From Balanoglossus misakiensis (taxonomy: Eukaryota > Animalia > Hemichordata): 64,000 bases of DNA. Numbering within the stretch: the stretch's first letter is position 1; the number at the start of each line of letters is the position of its first letter. Of this stretch, positions 13,001 through 27,925 are shown piece by piece. Below the pieces are notes generated by a model that worked only from the letters and a program-made list of their open reading frames with translations, searched no databases and was not told the DNA's origin. Made by a program: the position numbers and the translations under genes. Where the stretch lies: positions 6,840,840 through 6,904,839 of the forward strand of contig CM082594.2 in assembly GCA_040954595.2 (NCBI GenBank), in the 5' to 3' direction.

Positions 13001-14648
13001 TAGTTTCAAATGAACACAGTCCCTGTTAGTATAGTTTGGGCTATTTATGGCTTCATGTCAATATGCTGGTAATTGATGATTGTGTACTTTGCTCAGTTAT
13101 GAAAGGGCTGCCCATTTTGTATAATTTGTTAAACATCTCATAGACATACGTGTACATTGTACATATGAATACAATGTACATGTACTTCCATGACATAAAT
13201 TTTGGTCCATACCAGAAATTATGCCATGGACATGGAGGGTTAATTGATCGAGCTATGATAATCAATGTTCCAGCCTATTTCTCGTCTGTGTTCACTCGTT
13301 TCTGCAGGAGTCTTCCTGTGGCCACAGCCAGTCTTATAGCCTCGTCCCTCCTCAATGTGGAAGATCTCTTTATCGTGGAAGAGGAGCTGGGTATGTTTGT
13401 CGCCACGGTGACTGTTGTCCTGTCGATACACTTCTGCGCCACCATACCGGCTATATACTTCGTGGTGAGCAGAAAAAACGCGTTTGGAGTTTATGCAAGT
13501 GTCAATAAGGCCATCATTACAGCTATGGTCATCAAATCTGGGTAATTATCTCACTGTGTGTATTTTTTGAATAATCGCGATAAATTATGTTCAGTTTTCC
13601 CTGTAGTTTTCAGCAGACTGTTGAACCCACATATCAGGGCATTAATCTATCTCAAGACCAACGATATTATTCCTTTTTTTTGTCCAACAGAGCTGGGGCT
13701 TTACCAATAATGATGAAAAGCTGCGAGTCACCGCCCGCGAAAATGCATCGCAACGTTTGCAGTTTTGTACTTCCACTGTGCATATGTTTCAAGGGAGACG
13801 CATCAGCTGCCTTCATCATGTGTTCCGTGCTCTGGCTCGGACAGAGAGCCGGTATATTCATGAGCTTACCACAGCTCATAGCATTAGGGTAAGGCTGTTT
13901 CTTCCAATGTGGACTACATTGAAAAAGAACAATTTTTGTCATCTCATTTCCATTCTAAACAATTGTAAATTACATGTCTTCATGTTATTTTCATATTTCA
14001 GAATTATGTCGACGTTCCTGTGTCTGTGCATACCTCCAGTACCCAGCGCGTCAATGGTCATTATTATTCTTATATGTAACTCAGTCGGTATCCCGACTCA
14101 TGATCTAGGTCTTTTACTGGCCTTGGAATGGCTGCAGTAAGTATATACGTGTATTATCATGTGTTTAACCTATCCATCAGTTTGGTAATAAATTGCAACC
14201 GGTCAACAGTGCTATTCAGGTTGTACTGCATTAACTTACAATGTACAAACAATAAATTGCGCGCTGAAATGAACCGATGTATCAGTGAAAATGCCAGGAT
14301 GTAAACGGCCATACACTCATGAAAGAACATGGCTACAGTTGGCATATCACAGAATATACCCATTCTATCACCACCAAGACGGCCTTCATCTTTTTCCTGG
14401 ATTTTGATCTATTTTCGCGTGTCTTCCTTCCTAGTGATTCTCTGCGGACGGGCGTGAACAACGGCAGTCACGCCGTGTGCGCGGCGACCGTCAACCACAT
14501 CATGCGGAAGCGCTTCAACAACAAAGACAGCTACGAACTGAAACAGGTGAATTCCACAGACGGCCAGCAGCCGATGGGTGGAGTGCTGGTGGATGGTTAC
14601 TCTGACACAGAGAAAGAACACAACCCGCTGATGTCTTTGCGATATTGA
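10073..14648 (+). CDS. Divergent SLC1 (EAAT/dicarboxylate-amino acid:cation symporter family) transporter, 10 coding exons
   Basis: Exons 10073-10198, 10341-10452, 10894-11104, 11894-11936, 12202-12301, 12865-12991, 13308-13541, 13691-13888, 14002-14136, 14435-14648 splice in frame at GT-AG. Family motifs: PGELFLRGLEMTIIPL, DLLRNLIPSNIVRACFQ, TNIMGVVIFC, FVLPL, EWLHDSLRTGVN. Confidence 0.92.
12779..12845 (+). mobile_element. MITE family A, truncated copy with expanded poly-C
   Basis: CTTTCACC(C)nAGTTCCCTCTTTAGAGGCCCAACCTTACCATAGAAAACGATG matches the left two-thirds of 31555-31640; sits just before an SLC1 acceptor. Confidence 0.7.
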
Positions 14649-17600
14649 GATTTGGAGTATATTACTCCGAGACAAGTCATTCTTGCTGTAATAGTTCTTT
14701 GTATCAAATAATTGCAGATGTCAGAATTTTGGTTCATTGTCAAATAGATTTATTTTTACAAATGGCATCTTTCAACAGAAACGTTATCATAATGCGGGCA
14801 TTCCGAAGTTCAAAGGTTATTTTGAGGCTGGGTCAAAGGTCAACAGGATAAGTCCCAGAGGTGGCTGTGAAGGGGTGATGCTTGTAAGGTGGTTATATTG
14901 TATTTGTTAGCCAAATCCAAGAATTGTAACAGAGTAGTGGTTAAAACCTTGGTGCTACCCCCAGTCACTTTTGGTTTGTCCCATAAGTGCATACTAATAC
15001 ACATGGGATGAGTACATTTCACTAGAATTCTGGGGACACATTATTGGATAATTTTGGTACTCTATGATGGAAGAAAACGTGCCAATTTTTAGCATCACTC
15101 GGATCAAAGTCAATTATTTGAGAAGCACAGAGACTGTTTATTTTCAAAGCTCAAGTTTACTTGTTCCATGACATTTACATTGTCATCGAGAATTTACTTT
15201 ATTATGTATCAGAGTACAAATCAATATTGAAAGTGAAGAAGTAGCTGTAATGTCCAAGATTGGTCCAGGGTTGGCTATAGCCGGCCAACACAGTGTACAA
15301 ATGCACATTGTAAAACTGACCTCTTCAAAAAACATTTCATGAAAAGGTGCACATATTCACTGCCCGAGCCTGAGGATCAGATAGTTTTTCTCATATATAC
15401 AAGTCTAAAAATGGGTATTAGCATTGCCAGTTTGTATATTTTTTTGCCATTTAATCTGATCCCTGCCTGTGTAAAATTGGGAGGTTTAGACTGGGAATTT
15501 TAGGGGTTAATATTGGCTCCTAGAGCCAGGGTTTGGTATGTGCTTTTATCTGGACTTTTTTGGCAACAGTGGATGTTTTTAAGGTTTTCATACAAGCAAT
15601 ACTTCTGTTAAATCAGTACATACCGGTAATGTTAAATAGCCTAGGCTAGGGCTAGTGGTGACAACTGTTGGTTACACAACTTCCATCTTGCAATAATATT
15701 GCCTGTTTTTGTCTTTGAAGACAGGTAGCTCACCCATGATTACCTGTGTGCGAAAACTTTGGTGAGTATGAAATCGGTGGTCTTTTGAAAACTACTGAGA
15801 GTTCTGGCTTCAACCAACTTTAACAAAGAACTCGCTTAACATTGCCAACAATGTTCTCTCATTTAGGTGCCTGAAAAGTAATTTGAAGACAGTATGATGT
15901 ATAAAGGCTGAATGTGCTAATTTTCGTGAAAGACCCTCTAAGCTGTATTGTTAATTCTATATCATATTTTATGTTTTCCTCCTGAACGGAGGTTTTTAGC
16001 AGCGTAGAGGTAGATTTCGAGATTCTTCACGAGCTATATATTACCAATTCACGATGTACTGTATCTTGTATAAGCTGTACTGTAAATATTTCACATTGAA
16101 AAGTATGGCGCACTGCTATAGAGGCAGCTGGAATGACAGTATGCAAATCTGCATAATCCCTCAGAAACACTGCTGTTAGTATAGATATTTTGCTTCTTTC
16201 ACAGTGGGCCAACAATGTCAAGTTTCAGTTACAACATTTTTTTTCTGACCTTTCATTTTCTGTGTATACTTATGATATGAGGGACAGATACAGTTTCAAT
16301 CAAAAATGTCAAAGCTAGTTGCCTTATTTGACCTTTGACCATTGAATTTGAATTTGTAACTGCCAGTTTTTCCAGGCACCTTCAAATTTTCTTGAATATT
16401 AAAAAGAAGCTCTATCATATATTAGCAATATTTCCAATAAAGGTTCATTACTAATAGCTGTGTGGTTTCTTTGTGGAATTATTTAGCATCCTGTGTTTCT
16501 GCTGAAAGTATCAATCTTTTTAAAGTGGACCAAGAAACAACTAGAAATTCATTCATACATTCTGTTTATTTATTTCTGCCTAGTGAGCACGGGCAGGTCG
16601 ATTTCAAAAAAGTATTTGGTGACTGTAAACAGATAATGCTCATGCTAGTTTCATCAGTTGTTTAACTGTAGCGCCCTCAATCACAAATACCACGTCTTTT
16701 GTTTTTATTTGTTCAAGTCTGCTCGTGTACACGCTCATTTGAAGTCATAATTCTGACAGTAGAGACCTGTGTATGTAAATATGTCGAGTACACTCGTATT
16801 TCAAGAACAATGCGAAACTGAAAATAATTATGCAACACGTTGTGGGCTCACCTGTGCGAACAACTTCATTTCCATATAGACAGTGTCTCTCTGGTCCATC
16901 CACGATGTATTGGTGCCCGAATGAGTCAATTTTTGAAATTCGCTGATTCCTAGTAACGGTAAACAGTTTCATGACCGACGGGGAAAGAAAACGAAACTTC
17001 TTCCATAATTAGGTTCTTCTGAGGTCTTCCTTGTTATAAGATAAGCTCAATTTCCCCGTCAATCAGAGACGTTTGGTCAAAGTGAAGAACGCTCTCTTGC
17101 TGCATGTTCTCAAATAAAACAAGACAAGCGTGCTCCGAAAGGAAGCCTGTCAACATCTGTTCACTTTCTTTCACTCAACCAATCAGAAACAGTTTCTAAA
17201 ATTCAAATTAGCAAGGTGATGTACACGTCACCGTTATATGAATAATTATGTATATGTCAAGTTATCCAATCACCGGAACCGGCTATTTCAATTTTTGTCC
17301 GAGAAGGTGACAGAAAAATTATTCATTTTAAAGGACTATAAAACTACGAAACGAATCAGTGTTTTCGCGACCCTGCTTATTTCTGTAAATTTCTTTGTAC
17401 TCCGATGCTTACCAATGGTAAACTGACCCTAAAAGACAATCAACATTCCGAGTCCGCAAAACAAACTAAAACGTAAGACTAGTAGAAGTTTTCGAGTTCA
17501 CGAGACACGCCCACTTGAACCTACATCGATGACCAAAAACGCGGTTGTGCGTGGCATTGTCTTGTACCAGGAGCAACATCGGGCATCATCCGTGCAATAT

Positions 17601-19881
17601 CTAATTTCTGCCACCAAACAGCGCCAAAATGTAAAGGAAGATGTAAACGATGTCCACGTAGAGATTAAGTGCGGCAAAGACGTATTCTTCCGGAGATATC
17701 TGATAGCGTTTGTTGCCGATCACAAGCTGTGTATCAACGGCAAGTATCTTGGAAGAGGGAGAGACAGAGAGAGAGGTTGAGATGTTTAGAGAGAGACAGA
17801 GACAGGCAGAGAGAAAGTGTGTGATGAAGGTCTGTTTAAAACCACATGGTCAAAGGGTCAGTAGAATCACACATTCTCATGTTGGTGCGCACACAGCCAA
17901 CTAACACGCATGATTCGATCCAGTCATACTTACAATAGTGAATATGATTGCCCCGGCACCGGCGTAGACGACTTGTAGGATCTCCGAGTAGAAGAAAATG
18001 CAGAAGAAACCGAACCAGAGGAGAGACATCAACAGGACAAATATCACTCCGCCACAGGAGGTGAAGTCGTACTTGGTTTGTATGGAAAATATAGTGACGC
18101 TGAGGCAGACACCCTTGAGAGAAATGGGTAGTGGGAATAAATACAACAACAATCTTGCTTTACTTCAAGGAGCCGAAAAGCTGGATAACAAAAGCACGAT
18201 AATTCCTGTGTGTCACAGATAATTTCCGAAATTCTTTTTCGTTTGTATAGTTTACTAAAAGACCAACACGATAATGATGGAAATGGAGATGATGGTGGTG
18301 ATTATTGATGTTAACTTACAGCACAGATTCCAAGAGCGATCAACACGGATTTGGTCGTATAGAAACTGAAAAATAAGAAACACACGACGTGACTTATAGT
18401 TAGTGTTCTTACAATTCGCACGTAATGGCAAATATACAAACTTTGAAAATCAATAAATGCAAACAGTTTCAGTTGCACGGACTTCAAAATAACACTGGAC
18501 TTACCATGATATGGTACCGACCATGTAGGAAAGAGCCAAGGTCTGTAATTAAACAAATTGATATGTACAGTGTAATTAAGAACGCACTTTCTCCATCGAA
18601 TTGAAAGAATACATAGACTTTTGAGAAGTTTCCTTTAAAGAACCTTCTGGAACCACGTTGCATTTTCCCGACTATAGTATACTTACAAATATCGCCAACA
18701 TGATGATATTTGTGGGAAACTTTCGTCGCATGTCACCGCAACAGGCCAATCCAATATAGCACACGAGGAATACCCCGCTGGAAGAAAGTAAAGGGATGAA
18801 CGTCATTCCAACACCCACAGTCATCGATCTGCTGCTTAGAGCCCTTCAGGATGCATGAATCTCGCCAATAAATCTGACAGTAAATCAAATGTCTGTATAA
18901 TATGCACTTACTACGATGACCAGTATACCGCTGGCTGATTGACGACGAACTCGTTTATTGGTTTGCTGGAAGAATAAAAAAGCTTTTGATAACACAGGTG
19001 ACTGTTGCCATGCAATACCGATTCGTTTGTCGCTTAGAAGAGTTTCTTTACAAAAGCCACGTTTAAATGGTCGAACTTTCTCCCTTCCTTAAAATTAACA
19101 TTAATGCAGTACTTACCAGAATACAAACAGGCAGACAATTCCAAATGTGACCAATAATTGGACCATGAGGATAAGGTACACCTGTCACAATGAAACGAAT
19201 TTTCCATCATTAGTTCATGCAGAGTTGTCCGAACAAAAATCTGCGTCAAATCACTTGACACTATCCGGCATACCTTTCTGATGAAACCTTGTCTGACTTT
19301 CTTATCCGAGAACGATAGCTCTGCTGTAAATCCGCCTTCTTCAAGATCGACATCATCGGTGATGTACGTCTGGGACATCGGCTGTGCATGTGGCGATGGC
19401 GCGGCCCGCCCGGGCCTTGAAGTTGTGTCCGGCGCAGCCTCTGGTGGTGTCTCGATTGGATATGCTGATGTTGGCGAGTATCCTAAAAACCAGAGTAGTG
19501 ATTGATGCATCATACCATATAGCACTTTATTTTAATCGTTCTCTTATAATAATGTGCAGATTGAAATCATCAAATGTTATACAGTCACTTTCACCAAACT
19601 TTTTTGGTGGGGGCGACTTAAATTGATCTACGAAAAACGAATAACCAGAAAAGCGTCAAAATTCACAACAGAGCAAGATAAATAAATCCATTTTTGTTTA
19701 ATTGTTCATTACCTATATTGTCGGGATATGGAGGAGGGATGGTTGCCCCGTGAGACACGGTGGCTGGAGGGGCATCGCTATCATTGATCACGTGACCTGC
19801 GACGTCTGAATAGGCAGGCGGTGGTGGTATCTCCTCTTGCTGCTGCCGCGTTGGCAGGGTAGTGTAACCTTGTGACGTCAT
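17601..19881 (-). CDS. Protein lifeguard-like (TMBIM; GRINA/FAIM2/TMBIM1 subfamily), paralogue A
   Basis: Nine coding exons from MTSQGYTT... through FSDKKVRQGFIRK|VYLILMVQLLVTFG, RRKFPTNII, QTKYDFTSCGG to DTQLVIGNKRYQISPEEYVFAALNLYVDIVYIFLYILALFGGRN* (stop 17603-17601). Confidence 0.93.
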
Positions 19882-21944
19882 ACCGATGTTTGGTGTGTCG
19901 AGTCTCCTTCAAATAAGGATGGTAACCCCAGGCAACAAGAAAACCACAAACTCCTGTAATAAAAAACGCCCTCACTCGATAAGAGTTGGTGAACTTTAAA
20001 TGGCTGATATGACAAATACCATCTTCATAATATTCGCATACCTCCATGGTGCGAGTGTACGACACAAAAACACAAATAAACGACAGAAATAGACAAGAAA
20101 ACTCTGAAGTTAAATGACAACAATGACGAATAAATCAAGACGATTGCGAGGAAGTCTTTGGACACGGAATAAGTCCCTACACACTCGTCCGATCGCACCA
20201 ATGCAAATATAAGTGCATGTACTGATTGCGTTTGATTAAATTTCCGTGTAGGCCAAACAACTAGATAGTTCACCGAAACAAACCAAATTCAGAACCAAAC
20301 TTACTGTTGAATTCACAGGGTCTCGAAGAAATACAATTAAACCCCAGGATAGAACTGTTCCTGTGCAGATATCGACGTGAAAAGGTAGATGTCACACAGG
20401 CAATGTCACCTTGATATGAGCGAGATGTCTGTAGGGTGTTCTTGTTAATTATTTACTGCGAGTTATTAAACTTCTAATATCCTGTGCAGTCCCAGACACG
20501 TGCCAATATTGAACAGTAAATATAGCATAAGAAGTGACTAGTTCTGGTACGGTTGGGGGCGCTGTGTGTATCGACACAAGTGTTTAATCCTCCCCCGCAT
20601 TTCAATGACAGGTCCCTAACTACATAAGTGACATACATACAAATTCACATAATACTTACACACAGTTACAATTGCGCCATTTATTGCTTTGTGGGAGCAT
20701 TCTTTCATCACATACAGTACAATGTGTGATACAACAGGGATTTAGTGCTAAAGAATATTTCTATCTATTAAATATCAAACACAATTCAAAATTATCCTTT
20801 TACCACCTAACTTTTTCTGACTTTCAATCTGCCATGAACAGTCATCAAGATTTCATTTCATTCATTTAATTGTTAAGTACAAATATTTTAACAAACATGA
20901 TGACTGCAAACAAAACATTACTTACACAACTAAAATGTTTTAATGTGCAGATTTTAAAATACAATCATGATATTTAAATTACAAATCATCTCCTAAAGCA
21001 GGATCATGTGTTGTCAATAGCAACCATAACACACTAGCCTTGGGGTCAAAGTTATACCCAAGAATGATATAAAGTCTAAACTAATTCTGTATTTACATGA
21101 TTCTCTCTCTGTAATTAATCCATAACCAGTTTATACAACTAGTGACACAGTGCATCTGACTTGGATTATTTTGGTTTCAGTGATGGATTAAAATACAATA
21201 TAATCTCAAATGCTGAAAATTCTAATTGAAATATTTTACATCTAGTTGCCATGGAGTGTAAATGATCAGAAATATTTAACAGATACAGGGTAGACACTTT
21301 CTGGAAATGTTACTCACACAGTCAAAGTCTTGGTTAAAAAGATGCAGGAAGGTTGTATTGAAATCAAGTCACAGAGGTAGAGGAACCACGGTAACTAGAA
21401 TGACATTAGCAACCAATGTTTTCTGTTTACAACACTTAAAATATTGTAGGTATAAGAAAGTGACCATATATAAATTATTGGGTAAAATATTTTCAATTGC
21501 AATGGGAGTCCACTATAATTCATCATTCTTTCTGTACTATTGTGTAAATTATCATCTTTGTGCAAAAATACAACTGTCCCACAGAGACAGGGTACTCTGT
21601 AACTCCGAAAAATGAACACTTATATAATATGGCTTACAAAATATAAGCAATATACAATACAGATAACAAAGGCAAGTTGTAAACACCAGGAAATAAGTTG
21701 AATACTTTCCATTGAAATTTGTTGACAAATGGATCAAATAAGAATAAAATTATCGACATTTATTAATACCGGTATATGCTGTTTAATGACAAGTAATATA
21801 GCAGGTTTCTTGACTTCTATGTTCCATTTCATTATCCCCCTTTTCTTGAAGAACCACCAGTAGTATATTCTTGAAAGGTCTCGATGTATCTGTAGTTGTC
21901 GTCAGTGAGACAAAACCCTTTTACCTCCCCCTCTCTCGTTTCCC

Positions 21945-24704
<2,760 letters not shown>

Positions 24705-26236
24705 TTCTTCACCCCTGATCCACAAATCTCTGTCAAAACAGAACCGTCATCGGCGCAATAAATCAGAGTGAACCAGCATATTAAATGCATATTCTAATGT
24801 AAAAAATATTTCATATAATGCATGGGCTTATCATAAACCTATGGTTTATCACGTACTGTATAGCTTATCAATAAACAATAGAACTGTATTATCTTCAAAG
24901 TGATATTTATAGTAACAGGGAAATAACTTGTTAGTTATGCAATGTCTATTTCTATAAGGGGAATGACTCCACAGGGCATGTGTATGACATTTTTTTCGCA
25001 TGTGGAAATTGACACCATTCCAAGTCAGAATATACTTGACACCTGTAGATATACTCTCCAATTTATTTAGCTTTATTTTCTTTGTGCTCTTTTCACTTTT
25101 ATAGATAATATTCAGTTGTAAGTACCATAAAGTGCATTTCTGATCACCTGGCAGCCAAAATTGTTGAAGTAATCAACCCAGGTCACTTTCTCACAATGTT
25201 GCAACACAGTCCTCTATTACAGTATCAGAGGTCTACTGTTGTATTGTCGGAATGTGACATTTCCAAACTGGGAGGGGCTGGAGGTCAGAGGTCAACATGT
25301 AGTTTCGTTTTAACCTGTGCGTACCCTTTCTTTCAATTATCCACGGCACCTAACCCTAACCCCAATTTGTTCCCTGCCCAATCAATCCCTCAAAGGTCGA
25401 TTTTGATGGGGACCCGGTGTCGGAGAGACGAGACTGCACTGTCTCCTGGGTCTGGAAGAAAGTCAGGGTGGGTCACACTCACTGACTCAGTCACAGAAAC
25501 GAAACTGTCAGCCCAAGTAAGATACACAATGTAAAAGACCTAGAGCCCCCGGTGGCTAGAGCCTCAGTATTCTAGTAATCATAGAGTAATATCGTTTGTG
25601 TGTGGATGTAACGTTATCGAATATATTGAAAGCACAGCAGCGATCAGAACTGCAGAGAAGAACGGTGTAAACGCTAGTCCAGTCAAATGTATTACACAAC
25701 CACCATGATCGAGCTCGATCTGTTGTCAAAAAAATGTTACTTGTTAGATAGTGCGTTCACTCCTCAAATAAATTAACATATCGACACATAGATGCACACA
25801 TTAAACCAATAACAGATAATGTATACGATACTTACAATATATATTAACCGATTTCTGTTAAAAATTAGCGACGACACAGCAGTCAGTACCAACGAGCTGC
25901 CGCCAGATATCGAGATCAATAAATAACTGGGGAAACTGACGTCAAATATGGGGGAGTGCAGCACAGAGTCACGTCAATTTTTCAACCTCGTTCAAAGCGA
26001 AATCTTAAAATGTGATACACACTTCATTTATTGAAATCAACGGAATCTGACGATTTGGAGAAATAACTAAATAGTTAAATTTTGTGCGCAAAATCTTGTA
26101 GCTTTACTGTCTATGGTTAAAAGTACATTTTTTTAGTTATGCTAAGACGACCATTTATTGCTACTTTGAACGAGCCCTAACACCCGGAAGCAGTGTAGCT
26201 GTGCATCGTGATCGCGATCTCACGTGTATATAAACT

Positions 26237-27186
26237 ATGGCAACATCTTCAAAACAACAGGTAACATTTGAGAATTCTTATTAGCCGCATCGCTTCTTAT
26301 TATTATTTGCTGGTGCAGACAGCAATCAACTTCCACCAGCCCAATCAGATCTTATGCCATTTGCAGAAAGAACAGTCAGATGTCTGTTCCATGGTAGCAC
26401 GTGTGTCAACTTTATGCAGTTATGCAAACCAACCTTTACATAGCTGAGTTCTTACTCTTACAGGATAATGACTTGCAGAAGAAGGAAGTGAATCTTAAGA
26501 AAGTAGAGAAAAAACTGAGGAAATCCAAACTGTTGGTTTTATTTGTTGGTAATATATCATATCAAACAACACAAGAAGACCTGGAAGAACACTTCAAGAA
26601 AACAGGTAAACTGATATTGATGGCACATGTAATATTCACAGTTTTCAGTAAAATTTGAATTCTATGCATATCAGTTAATCTATGAATAGTGGTTTGCAAA
26701 CACTTTTGACGTTTTGACTATGATTTGTTGTTTATATTTCAACCAACTAGGTGGCGTTACTGATGTTCGAATTATAACGAATAAAGAGACGGGAGAATCC
26801 AGGGGGTTTGCATATGTGCAGTTTAAAACCCCACAAAGTTTAAAGGTGAGTCGGATACTTCATTTTTCGGAATGATTTCTCATAGCTATAAAGAATACAT
26901 CAAACCCTTTTTATACCAGTTGTGTTAATTATTGAGCCTTGATGACATGCAGTCTGTAAACATTCAAAAATCCAATTAATTTCTCTCTTTCCCCTTGTCT
27001 TATCTTTCTCAGAGAGGTCTGGAACTCCATCATTCCAGACTATCAGGAAGGAAGATCAACGTAGAGCTGACTGCTCCTGGAAGAGGAAAGAGTCTGAAAA
27101 GAAAACAAGACATTGACCGCAAAAATAAACTGTGGAAAAACCAGAACATGAAACAAAACTTTAAAAGAAAAAACAGTGGGAGGTGA
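26237..27186 (+). CDS. Small basic single-RRM protein, Nop6-like (~144 aa)
   Basis: Exons 26237-26260, 26464-26605, 26751-26845, 27013-27186. RNP2 LFVGNI and RNP1 RGFAYVQF, followed by LHHSRLSGRKINVELTAPGRGKS and a Lys/Arg-rich tail. Confidence 0.85.
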
Positions 27187-27925
27187 CGAGATGTTTCCTA
27201 TTCCAGTGGATTTTGATATTTATGTAGGCAGTTGAAAAACAAAATTGGACAAAAATAACATGATAGTTACATGTATTTTTATATACCAAGTATTACACGA
27301 TTTTGTCTTATGATGTAAATATCACTAGGTCAAGAATAAGTCGGGACTTGTATTTGCGACGTTCTCAATAATAAACTGAGTACAATAAATGGAACTGAAC
27401 ATGAATAAATTTGTGATTATGATAAATATGCATTATCTTCTTTATTTTTGCTTTGTATTGAAAAACAAACTAGGCATGATTTCCATATTTTTCTGAAGCT
27501 TTTTCCTAACATGCAGACAACTGAAAAGTGTTTTACTCTATGCCTGCCCTTCATCACCACTCTGTACTGTGTGTGACGTAAGTCAAGCCCCCTATCGAGC
27601 CAAACGTGTGTGCTTTTGTTTTTAATTAAATACGCAGATACAGAAACGCATGATTTCCGCTTCCGGTTTTAATGTTTACAGTTGGCGGTGGGTCAGTCGT
27701 GGGCGTGTTCGGATTACTCGGAGTGATGATTGGTTTTAAGTCAGAACAGTCTGACACTTGTCAACGATTGGTCAGCAGTCGACACGTACGTACCACATGT
27801 AATGCTAAACCATCAACAAAATATACACACAGCGAAGAGAAGGCGTAGCGCCACATATACACAGTGCGTAACCTGAAGTGAAGTCTGATCGATCGATCCG
27901 GGGTTTTATTAGTTTGGAAACAGCG

